This document shows, one piece after another, positions 56,880 to 64,000 of a DNA stretch of 64,000 bases. Numbering within the stretch: the first letter of the stretch is position 1; each line of letters begins with the position of its first letter. The notes beneath the pieces are model-generated. The model was given only the letters and a program-made list of their open reading frames with translations, did no database searches and was not told where the DNA came from. Source of the DNA: Candidatus Caldarchaeum subterraneum. GTDB lineage: Archaea; Thermoproteota; Nitrososphaeria_A; Caldarchaeales; Caldarchaeaceae. The stretch lies in contig CALHAG010000002.1 of assembly GCA_937934305.1 (NCBI GenBank), positions 142,192 to 206,191 on the forward strand, read 5' to 3'. Position numbers and translations under genes: made by a program.

Positions 56880-56934
56880 CGTCGTTCAAATCACGTTCAA
56901 TTCTCGTTCAAGTTTGCCACCAAAAATTTATAAG
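56880..56934. repeat. Direct repeat of the right arm (CGTTCA x3 at 11-bp phasing + TTTGCCACCAAAAATTTATA)
   Basis: ~90% identical to 56428-56481. CGTTCA at 56882, 56893 and 56904. Confidence 0.65.
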
Positions 56935-56989
56935 CCATCAGTTTTGAGACAGTCCCAGACCAAGCCCTTAACCGAGGGGTTTGGTCCCA

Positions 56990-57410
56990 TAAACCCTACG
57001 TGAAATACCGATGAGGCCCTGTTGCGGCAGGGCTGAGCTGGAGAGGCGCATGCGGAGCGTCCCGTGACGGGGTTCGTCAGATACCTCGTCACCCGAGGGC
57101 TGGGAGCCGGCATGCCTGGCCCAAGGCCCCGGACACTCACGTAGGGTGTGCCGAAGCCGGCGATGCATAGGTGCTGCGGACGCTTGGTAGAGGGGCACCC
57201 CCGCCACCGAAGCGACCAACGGACCCACAAGGCTTGGAGGTGGATGCAGGGATGCCCCATAGGGAGGAGAATAAGCCTCCTTATAGGGCTTCCCACCCTC
57301 TCCAACGCCTACGAGAAGAGCTACCGGTGACTATAAGGGGTACTAACGGGACTGGTGACATGCGGTGTCCGGTGACCTATGTAGGTCTCCGAAGTGACTA
57401 AGGGGCAGGC
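56990..57410. ncRNA. GC-rich hairpin-dense non-coding segment (candidate structured RNA of unknown class)
   Basis: No coherent ORF; the tracks show only Arg/Pro-rich spurious frames. There are many local hairpins (GCCCTGttgcggCAGGGC, CCCGtgaCGGG, GGCATGCC). A 10-bp perfect inverted repeat CCCTACGTGA (56993) / TCACGTAGGG (57141) closes a ~140-nt domain. I compared it to RNase P and SRP RNA motifs and the resemblance was partial and inconsistent. Confidence 0.25.
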
Positions 57411-57490
57411 TTAGGGGTTGGATAGATTATCCAAGAGGGCTCTAAGGAGACGGCTGAGGTGTTGGATAGATTATCCAAGGGGGTTGGATG
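57408..57490. repeat. Three copies of the palindrome TTGGATAGATTATCCAA spaced 44 and 22 bp apart (iteron/operator-like)
   Basis: Copies at 57408-57424, 57452-57468 and 57474-57490 (the third is TTGGATGGATTATCCAA). Each is flanked by G-runs. The spacings are multiples of 11 bp. Confidence 0.7.
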
Positions 57491-57916
57491 GATTATCCAA
57501 GGGGCTGGCTACGACAACTTGGGGGTGGCTAAGGGGTTGGTAACAAGAATTGTTCTAACCCATTAGAACCCTCTACCATGCGTGTAATGGGCTTCCGCGC
57601 CCGGGCTGACCATGCGCCCAAAAGGCCTCCGAAAAGGGAAATCCCCGGAACCGCAGCAGGGGAGAAGAGGCCGAAGACATGGCAACAGACCCGGGACAAG
57701 GGGGAGAACGGTTGGCTGACTCTCCCCGCCATCCCGGAGCCCACTCCCGGGAAACTCTTCCCGGCAACGCCCGTTCACGCGGGCGGGGGGCTCAACAACA
57801 CATGCCCCCCGAAGATGCCAGAAGAAAGGCCGGGATGGGCTCCGGCCATCGACGACAGGCGGGGGGAGAACTCCCCGGTGGCCCGCCGGGGAGGAGGTGA
57901 AAAGAATGAAGAGGAG

Positions 57917-58165
57917 TTGTTAGCACTCATAAACGGTGGCGCCATTGGGTCACAAATTGCTTCTGCTATACGCGAGATTGTGATGCTGGTGTTCGAAATC
58001 TTGACGCCGATTGTCAACATCCTAGGTGTCGCCATGATTGCGATAGGACTGTTGATTGCATTGGGATTGAGACAAGAGTTTTTGGGGTTCCGCTTGGTAA
58101 TTGGTGGAGCCTTAGCACTGGCCACAGTCCACTTGATTGTACCGCTACTGCTTACATACATCTGA
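57917..58165 (+). CDS. Small two-helix membrane protein (VirB2/CedA1-like pilin-like); uncertain start (TTG 57917 or ATG 57983)
   Basis: ...MLVFEILTPIVNILGVAMIAIGLLIALGLRQEFLGFRLVIGGALALATVHLIVPLLLTYI has two hydrophobic helices around a short charged loop. A GGAGGAGGTGA Shine-Dalgarno-like run sits upstream of the TTG. The long annotated N-terminus (57578 onward) is low-complexity and probably not translated. Confidence 0.3.
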   Translation: MLALINGGAIGSQIASAIREIVMLVFEILTPIVNILGVAMIAIGLLIALGLRQEFLGFRLVIGGALALATVHLIVPLLLTYI

Positions 58166-58599
58166 CGACTTCGATTGACCAACCCAACCCCCCTCCTTTT
58201 TTTCCATGGAGGCTTTCTCCCCCCTCTCTCTTTTCCTCTTTCCCCGCCCGCGAGGGCGGAGCCTCTTTGACTCCCCGAGTCCGGGAGGCGCCGCCCTTGT
58301 GGGGGAGAGGGGCGGAAGCCTCCCGGCGGGAGGGGATGGCGAGCGAGTTCCAACGCATCTGGGGGAACGAGACTAACTATATCCGCGCCCAGAGACGTCA
58401 CCGCCGCGGTGAACGCGGCGATGGGGAGTGGATGGAGTTAGTCTCGTTCCTACTAAACCAGCTTTTCTGAGTTTCTGAGCTGGCTGCTCAACGCCAGCCA
58501 GCCAAACACCCCTAATTTTTTTCCCTTGTCAAATAACTTCTACGCCTGAAACATGGCGTCCACCCCGTTTAATGATTGTGGGGTGGCGGGGGTGGTTGG

Positions 58600-58870
58600 C
58601 TGGCTCGCGCCTGGCTCCATGCGCATGTGCTGGAGCTGCGTAGTCCTTGCGCATGTGCGGGTCTATGCATCCTGCGCCCTATACACCGGCCATCCCCGCA
58701 GGGTCTTGCGCATGTGCAGGCCCTGTGATGAGCTCGCGCATGAGCGGCTCCGGTGTATGGGGGGCCTGCTCGCGTATGTGCGGCGGGCGCGGCCACTTGC
58801 GCATGTGCAGTGGCTGCCGCAGGCAGGCGCTTGAGGCGGGTGACAGGTGTGTCTCCTGCGCCATGTGTCT
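58600..58870. repeat. Cluster of seven GCGCATGTGC-like 10-mers arranged as three doublets (27-28 bp within a doublet)
   Basis: Copies at 58621, 58649, 58708, 58736 (GCGCATGAGC), 58772 (GCGTATGTGC) and 58799, plus a weaker one at 58858. All three forward frames and several reverse frames are open, which is typical of a GC-rich non-coding repeat. Confidence 0.55.
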
Positions 58871-59596
58871 GCCGGACTTGCCCGTGAGCGGTCCGCATAC
58901 ATGTGGGGAGCCTTCCTGCCCGTGCGCGGTTGGCTCCAGCGGGAGACACCCAAGCAGACGACATACAGACGATGTTCAGAGGTTGTTCAGATGCTCCGCC
59001 AGAGGAGTTCAGGAGCCATCTTATCCGTGGGAGAGGCATGGTGTCTCTTCCATGGGTTTACTCTATCAGGGCGCCATGGAGGCGTTTTGATGGAGAGGCT
59101 CCTAGCCCTGTTGGCGGAGACAGGTGAACAATGGTTTACTGATGTTTCGAGGATTGACACTGGTTCTATGGATTAAGCAACCGATTCAATAACACCTTGG
59201 AGATACAGGGGTTCATGGTATTCTGATGAGCATCAGATGATATGTGGCTGAAAAGGTCCGATGATTCTAGATATCTACGATGGTCTCAACAGGTCTCTAA
59301 TAAACGCCGACAAAAACAGGTCAAGAAACATCGACGACACTTAGCACCTCCCTCGGCGGGCCATACCTCGGGAACAGGGGCTGGGAGGATGCGGAGACTC
59401 TCCCGGGCCGCATAGGCCCGCCTCCCCACAAAAACACGGGGAGGTGAAAAAGAAATGAGGTCTGTATCCTCCTTCCCCTGGATCCCGGGGGTAAGGTCGC
59501 CCACTGGGCATTTGACCAGGGACCGCCTGCGGCCTGTGTTCCCGAGGGCCGTGGGCGGACTCTGCCCATCGGGGAGAGGAAGAGAGGTGTAGAGCG

Positions 59597-59773
59597 ATGA
59601 CTAGTAGAATGCTGGGGCCAGCATTAATAGCCGTTGCCTTGGTTCATGCAATCAACGCAATCATCGAGGGGCGGATATTCGAAGGCGTACTGCTGGTTGT
59701 CCTTGGTCTTGCTGGCGGACTTTACGTCGAGTACTTGTTTGCGAAGCTCCAAGAGAAGCCCCGACGGGTCTAA
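59597..59773 (+). CDS. Small (58 aa) two-helix membrane protein immediately upstream of the VirD4/HerA-like ATPase
   Basis: ATG at 59597. MTSRMLGPALIAVALVHAINAIIEGRIFEGVLLVVLGLAGGLYVEYLFAKLQEKPRRV. Below the ORF-track size cutoff. A GGGAGAGGAAGAGAGG purine-rich run lies upstream. Confidence 0.3.
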   Translation: MTSRMLGPALIAVALVHAINAIIEGRIFEGVLLVVLGLAGGLYVEYLFAKLQEKPRRV

Positions 59774-59787
59774 GAGGGTGTGCAGGC

Positions 59788-61216
59788 ATGTGGGCTAGAG
59801 TTTTTGTGACACTGATAATCATCTTTGGCTTCATGGCTTACGCCTATGTTGCCGCGCTGAATGCTGCCACCCAACTATACAACAGAGGTATACTGAAGAC
59901 CCCACCACCTGCTTTAATCAACGTTGCGGATTTGACATGGGGGTCTATCATGGTGGTTTCAGCGATAGTCGTCATCACGCTAATCATCTCATTAGCGATG
60001 GCTATCTCTAGGTCACGGCGGTTGCTCGGAATAATCCCCGTCAACGATTTCCGAAGACACCTGCTGCTACTCGGACCCACTGGGTCCGGGAAAACAAACG
60101 CAGCCAAGAAGGCTATATCGCTGGCTATCCGCAGAGGTGTCAAGGTCATCGTCATCGACTGGAAAGCCCTCTCCTCCCCGCCAATATTTTTACATCTCTC
60201 ACGGGACGTCTGTAGAGTCGCATGGTGGAGCTGGGAGGGCCCAGAGAGGTGAATACGTTAACTTCGTCAAGGGAGCCACCGTTATCCGGAAGGTGAATCC
60301 GTGGGACAACGGAGGCTACACAGCGCGTCAGAGAGCTGTAATCGCTGTCGAAATGCTACGAGAAATCACCAGAGACATCGCTGACGTTTCTTCAGCATCT
60401 TCCGCAGTTCTCCTCCGAGAATTAATCAAGCTCTACGGAAAGGGGGTTCCGAAGAGCTCCGATGTCGTCAACAGGCTCGAGGAATTTTTCAGGACGGCGA
60501 TGATGGAGAGGCGTCTCGCAGAGGCTAACATGGCAGCGGCTTTGCTGCGGAGGCTGCAGTGGCTTGTCATCGATGAACAAAGAACAACAAAAAACGTCAT
60601 GGGTTCTGACGCCATTGTTATCTATGACCTATCAGAAATCCACAGCGTTTACTTGAAAACGTTATATGCGTTGACAGTGTTTCACAAAAACTACTACGAA
60701 GCTATGAGAGAGGGGTTGACAAACAGGCTGACGACTCTTCTGGTGGCCGAGGAATGCCAGAACTATGTCCACCCTCGACGTTTCGATGAACCACCCTCTC
60801 TTGGTGAGAGGGTGGTCAACGAGCTCAGAGGTTATGGCGTAGGAGTTCTGATGATATCGCCCGACCCGCTACAGATACCGATTCATTTACCACGTGATGT
60901 TGGCGCTGTGGCTTGCTTCGGAGCGCAGGCAGTTCCCGACTTCATCAGAGACATGCTGAGGGTGCTTCCACGTCAGCCAAAGATGGGAGAAGCCATCGTC
61001 TACCACAACGGCAGAATCAAGACAGCTAGGCCTCCGAAGAGGCCTCCTAAGACAATAGACCTGAAGACTGAGACAAAGGAGGTGATTGAAGAGGCTAAGC
61101 CTGAGGAGGCTGTCGAAACTCCTGCTACAATTCAACAACCTCAGGCGGAGGATGCTCAGACAAACCCGATAGAGCAGGAAGAGCCTTTGGAGGAGGCCCA
61201 GAGAGGCTCGAAATAG
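59788..61216 (+). pseudogene. Frameshifted membrane-anchored VirD4/TraG/HerA-like P-loop ATPase (two overlapping ORFs, 59788-60252 and 60137-61216)
   Basis: ORF 1 has two N-terminal TM helices plus Walker A LLLLGPTGSGKTNAAKK and then VKVIVIDWKA. ORF 2 (+1 frame) continues with a Walker B-like TLLVAEECQNYVHP. The frames overlap at 60137-60252 and there is a TATTTTT run at ~60190-60198. Confidence 0.5.
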
Positions 61217-61469
61217 AGAGCCGGGGAAACCTCCTCTAAGGTTCGAAGAAGACGAAGAACCCGAGACTGAAGAAGAACAGCCAGAAACTGAGGAGCTGGA
61301 GGCTGAGGCCCCGCATGGGCGCATACCCCCACGGGAGGGAGTCCCGCCAAGATGATGTGGTGGTGGCTGTGGGCGCCCCGGGAGAGCCGAGCCTCCAACA
61401 CCTCAGCAAACAGCAGAGGCTGTTCCAGAAGAGTCTGCTGAGGGCTTCCCCCTCCACGGCCACATAGTC

Positions 61470-62021
61470 GTGGAGGAAGAGGGGGCCCTACGATGCGTCA
61501 GATGTCATGCCTCGGTATCTCTGACCGAGGCGCCGACATTGGCGGAGATGCGATGTAGTAACGATGACAGCAAGAACAATGAGGTGTTGAAGTGTCAAGC
61601 CTGCAGAAGGCCGGCCACTCAAAAGCTTCCGCTAATTAACTTCAAGGGGGAGTTCGAGGACTTCAATGCATGCGATGCCTGCTCTAATGACTACCTTAGA
61701 CTGTTACGTCAGGGGCCTTCCCTTGGTCATGGCAAGGGAAGACTACCGCCAGACAGCTACTACTTCGACTCTCTCCGAACCGTTTTCCAGAGGCTTGGCG
61801 GGGTTTTCCCATGTCCTGCTTGCGATGAATTCTTCGACGACTTGCACTCTGTGGTCAAACATTTCTATGATAAACACCACGACAAACCACGGTCATTAGA
61901 GATGGACATTGATGGGGTGCCGGTCCTGAGGACATGGCAGTACATCTGGTGCAAGAGGTGTTTGAAGTGGTTCGAGAACGAACGTCACTTCCGCTCCCAC
62001 ATCAGAGAGCACATGGGGTGA
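61470..62021 (+). CDS. C2H2-type zinc-finger protein (plus N-terminal CxxC pairs)
   Basis: CPACDEFFDDLHSVVKHFYDKHH and CKRCLKWFENERHFRSHIREH. N-terminal CVRCH...CQACRRP. Confidence 0.5.
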   Translation: MEEEGALRCVRCHASVSLTEAPTLAEMRCSNDDSKNNEVLKCQACRRPATQKLPLINFKGEFEDFNACDACSNDYLRLLRQGPSLGHGKGRLPPDSYYFDSLRTVFQRLGGVFPCPACDEFFDDLHSVVKHFYDKHHDKPRSLEMDIDGVPVLRTWQYIWCKRCLKWFENERHFRSHIREHMG

Positions 62022-62425
62022 AGTCATTGAAGTTCAGCGGCAAAGTTTACGTGGACGGTAGAGGGCGACTCAAGATAGTCTTCAACAAACCCGTCCCACG
62101 TGGGAGGGCGACCCTGATACTGACGAAGGTGGACGGTAAAACCGCTGAAATCCGATTCGATACAACCATTACCAATAACGACTTTAAGAGACTCAAATGC
62201 AAAATTCCACCGTTCCCGGGGCTGAGGCCCGGGGCGGTGGTCGAGGGGTTCATCGAAGACGAGCTAAGATGCCGATGGTGCGGAGCCAAGTGCTCCGCGC
62301 TTATCAACAACCTCTGCGACCATTGTTTCGAGGTATTCTACAGCCCCTACAAACCCCTTCTCTATGAAGGGTTGGGGATGGCTGACGTAGACCATCGGCC
62401 AAAAACCCCAACCTCCGGGCGGTGA
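61934..62425 (+). CDS. Hypothetical protein; overlaps the 3' end of the zinc-finger gene in another frame, so the start is uncertain
   Basis: 163-aa ORF with a CRWCGAKCSALINNLCDHC Cys cluster. Possibly a programmed or accidental frame change relative to the upstream gene. Confidence 0.25.
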   Translation: MAVHLVQEVFEVVRERTSLPLPHQRAHGVKSLKFSGKVYVDGRGRLKIVFNKPVPRGRATLILTKVDGKTAEIRFDTTITNNDFKRLKCKIPPFPGLRPGAVVEGFIEDELRCRWCGAKCSALINNLCDHCFEVFYSPYKPLLYEGLGMADVDHRPKTPTSGR

Positions 62426-62464
62426 CCCGGGCTAGCAAACCGGGCGCCCCCGGCTATTTTTTCC

Positions 62465-63439
62465 ATGGGGCGTGTCCCGTCGGGAGAGCTCCCGGCGGGG
62501 CATGCGCCCCTTGGCCGGGAGGCTCCCTCAGAGGGCCGCTCCGGAGGTAAGAGAATGGATGAGAAATGGCGTAGACATCTGCCGGTGGTCTATGTGCCGT
62601 GGTGGGATTATGATGACCTTCTCGAGGTTGTCGTCGAGGATGAAGAGATTGCTGGATTCTATGTTGTCTACTGCTGGTTCTACTGGAGCCATGACTGGAG
62701 GATACCAACACTTGATAGGCCGGAATATGAGCCGCTAGCGATAGCTTATAGAGATGGAGTGGCTATAATGGCCTTCTGGCGTCCCCATGATAGACTTAAG
62801 TACGGTGCCCCACTACGTGATGACGGTAGACCTATTGTCTACGTCTCGCCTTTTGGGCATCCGCCGAGGGCGACGAGGTCTTGGGCGATACTATCCATGC
62901 TTGCTGAGCCGCTGATAACCTTCAACATCCACATCTTCCATAGAAAGGTCGAGTGGGAGAAGTTCGTCTACGGCCATCCGCCTGATAGTGCAGACATCTG
63001 GAAGGGGCGGAGCTTCAAAGAGTTCGTTAGACTATGCTTGTCAAGGCCTGAAACAGATAAAAACACCGTCAGCAAAGGTTGGCTTGGGAAGTTGCTGAGG
63101 TTTCTCTGGCACATCACAATGGCCTCACGAGCGGCCAGAAGAGGAGACTTGAAAACCTTCTACAGACGGCTCATAAAAGCCTTCCTGACGATGCCCTCAA
63201 GCTATCGGATGACGACCCTAGGCTGCGAAACCGTTAAAGACATACTAGGCGCCAAATACTACCTGAGCAATAACATAGAGATGGACCAGCGTCTCAGAGA
63301 GAAGATGACATGGAAATACAGCCCATTAACCCTGCTCACCACATTACCAGAACTATTCGCGGAACTCTTCGAAAAACCACATACAGAATGCTTCGAGAGA
63401 CACCTCAAAGACCTCAGAGACATATCGAAAACAGCTTAA
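62465..63439 (+). CDS. Hypothetical protein (likely real start at MDEKWRRH, ~62555)
   Basis: Long ORF. The N-terminal 30 aa are Gly/Arg/Pro-rich and probably untranslated. No recognisable motif. Confidence 0.35.
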   Translation: MGRVPSGELPAGHAPLGREAPSEGRSGGKRMDEKWRRHLPVVYVPWWDYDDLLEVVVEDEEIAGFYVVYCWFYWSHDWRIPTLDRPEYEPLAIAYRDGVAIMAFWRPHDRLKYGAPLRDDGRPIVYVSPFGHPPRATRSWAILSMLAEPLITFNIHIFHRKVEWEKFVYGHPPDSADIWKGRSFKEFVRLCLSRPETDKNTVSKGWLGKLLRFLWHITMASRAARRGDLKTFYRRLIKAFLTMPSSYRMTTLGCETVKDILGAKYYLSNNIEMDQRLREKMTWKYSPLTLLTTLPELFAELFEKPHTECFERHLKDLRDISKTA

Positions 63440-63810
63440 CCCAAACCCTTTTTCCCAAACCACATGGTCCCGTCTGGGGTTTTCCCTGGGCGGGGCCATG
63501 TGGCTCCGCTCCGGGGGAGGCTCCATGATGGGTTGCGGCGTCCAACGCCCCTGTGACATGCCCCGAGGCGTGTGAGCGCGTAGGGGATGAGGGGCGAGGG
63601 CCTGGCCGCACAATCCATGTGGAGGCCGGGGTCTTTTTCCAGTCCCCTGACCCTCGGGCGCCATGCAGAGGGTTTGAGAGAGGTGTGGCTGAACACCGTG
63701 TCCCTATTCCCCTCATCTGGGAGGGGTGTCGGGATGCGGCTAGTAGGCCATGCTTCCTCAAATTCCTCTGCGTGGTTGTCGGAAAAAGGGGCTGGGGAGG
63801 TGATTTGAAG

Positions 63811-64000
63811 ATGGAGTTCCTAGTTTCGCTATTTACTGACAAAGAGCTTTTGAAAAAACTGCTGACCCCAAAGGTTGTCATTAATGATTATGGTTACACG
63901 ATTGTTCCGGCTAGGCTTGAATGCAGCCACTGTGAGCAGAAACTGCCTGTGAGGGAACCGGGAGGCTTTGCCCTCTTTGACACGGAGGGGACTCTATGGG
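63811..64000 (+). CDS. Hypothetical protein, partial (3' end runs off the right edge)
   Basis: ATG at 63811 preceded by GGGGAGGTGATTTGAAG, a Shine-Dalgarno-like GGAGGTGA 8 nt upstream. The frame stays open to the window edge. It contains CSHCEQ. Confidence 0.35.
   Translation, partial: MEFLVSLFTDKELLKKLLTPKVVINDYGYTIVPARLECSHCEQKLPVREPGGFALFDTEGTLW

Noticed and set aside
56990-57410. RNase P RNA or SRP RNA identity for the GC-rich structured segment
   Set aside because: Only partial similarities exist, and they fall on opposite strands (CR-I/CR-V-like on minus, CR-IV-like on plus). No canonical P4 pairing (GUCCGGG/CCCGGC) or SRP GGAA-tetraloop/AGCA motif is present. I keep it as a structured element of unknown class.
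57578-57916. Long N-terminal extension of ORF 57578..58165
   Set aside because: The first ~110 residues are Pro/Gly/Arg/Glu low-complexity sequence that overlaps the iteron region. Only the C-terminal two-helix membrane segment looks protein-like, so I moved the probable start to 57917 or 57983.
58553-59090. ORFs 58569..59039(-), 58647..59090(+) and 58663..58953(-) as real genes
   Set aside because: Mutually overlapping open frames on both strands are extremely Arg/Cys/Pro/Ala-rich. This is the expected artefact of a GC-rich repeat region. I treat them as non-coding unless proteomics says otherwise.
56373-59590. tRNA gene as integration target in the large non-coding region
   Set aside because: I looked for T-loop-like GGTTCGAATCC/GGTTCAAATCC and found only GTTCAAATC inside the CGTTCA repeat arm. 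No cloverleaf context is present. I could not scan exhaustively without tools.

Overview
This 64-kb window is GC-rich (~57%) and protein-dense. It looks like a crenarchaeal (Thermoprotei-like) chromosome segment: it has two Alba paralogs, six proteins with class-III (archaeal type-IV-pilin) signal peptides sharing a G|[LIV]S cleavage motif, and a canonical Hel308/Hjm helicase. I found no rRNA, tRNA or CRISPR array.

The window has four main parts.

(i) 1..14.5 kb, all on the minus strand: an unusually elaborate type-IV-pilus-like operon. It encodes a FlaI/PilB-family ATPase with an N-terminal zinc ribbon, a FlaJ/TadC-like platform protein, five small pilins and a 618-aa class-III-signal protein. 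It also encodes a 650-aa Cys-rich secreted protein and a 914-aa secreted protein carrying a metzincin HEFGHAIGLGH zinc-protease motif.

(ii) 14.5..36.7 kb: an accessory/defense region. It contains an AT-rich Type IIG restriction-modification fusion enzyme (PD-ExK nuclease plus NPPY gamma-class N6A methyltransferase, 1048 aa) and a GmrSD-like (DUF262+DUF1524) type IV restriction enzyme. It also holds two Alba genes, a GtrA-like protein, large C-terminally anchored surface proteins, a GT-C-like membrane protein, Thr-rich secreted proteins, and an S2P(M50)-PDZ protease with a thioredoxin-like partner.

(iii) 36.7..56.4 kb: a ~19.5-kb array of 15 genes on the minus strand. It is tightly spaced, with many 4- to 17-nt overlaps that suggest translational coupling. 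It starts with a VirB2/TrbC-like pilin candidate, followed by a CedA/VirB6-like polytopic membrane protein, a giant 1365-aa membrane/extracellular protein and a VirB3-like small membrane protein. Next come a VirB4/CedB-like ATPase (931 aa), a second membrane-anchored HerA/FtsK/VirD4-like ATPase (721 aa) and a paralog with a degenerate P-loop (744 aa). It then runs straight on, without a break, into Hel308, a ParB-like nuclease-domain protein, two KaiC/RadB-like RecA-superfamily ATPases and a MoxR-like AAA+ ATPase. I read this as a Ced/Ted-like (conjugation-related) DNA-transfer apparatus, possibly co-transcribed with a DNA-processing module.

(iv) 56.3..59.6 kb: a ~3.3-kb mostly non-coding control region, followed by foreign-looking genes. 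The control region holds an inverted repeat whose arms carry TGAACG boxes at exact 11-bp phasing and a GC-rich ~400-nt hairpin-dense segment. It also has three TTGGATAGATTATCCAA palindromes spaced 44 and 22 bp apart, a cluster of GCGCATGTGC motifs and nested hairpins. Downstream lie small two-helix membrane proteins, a frameshifted VirD4/HerA-like ATPase and a C2H2 zinc-finger protein. These look like remnants of a plasmid or integrated element.

A composite ~100-130-bp repeat family recurs at five or more intergenic sites. It is built around the perfect palindrome TTGACCATATATGGTCAA.
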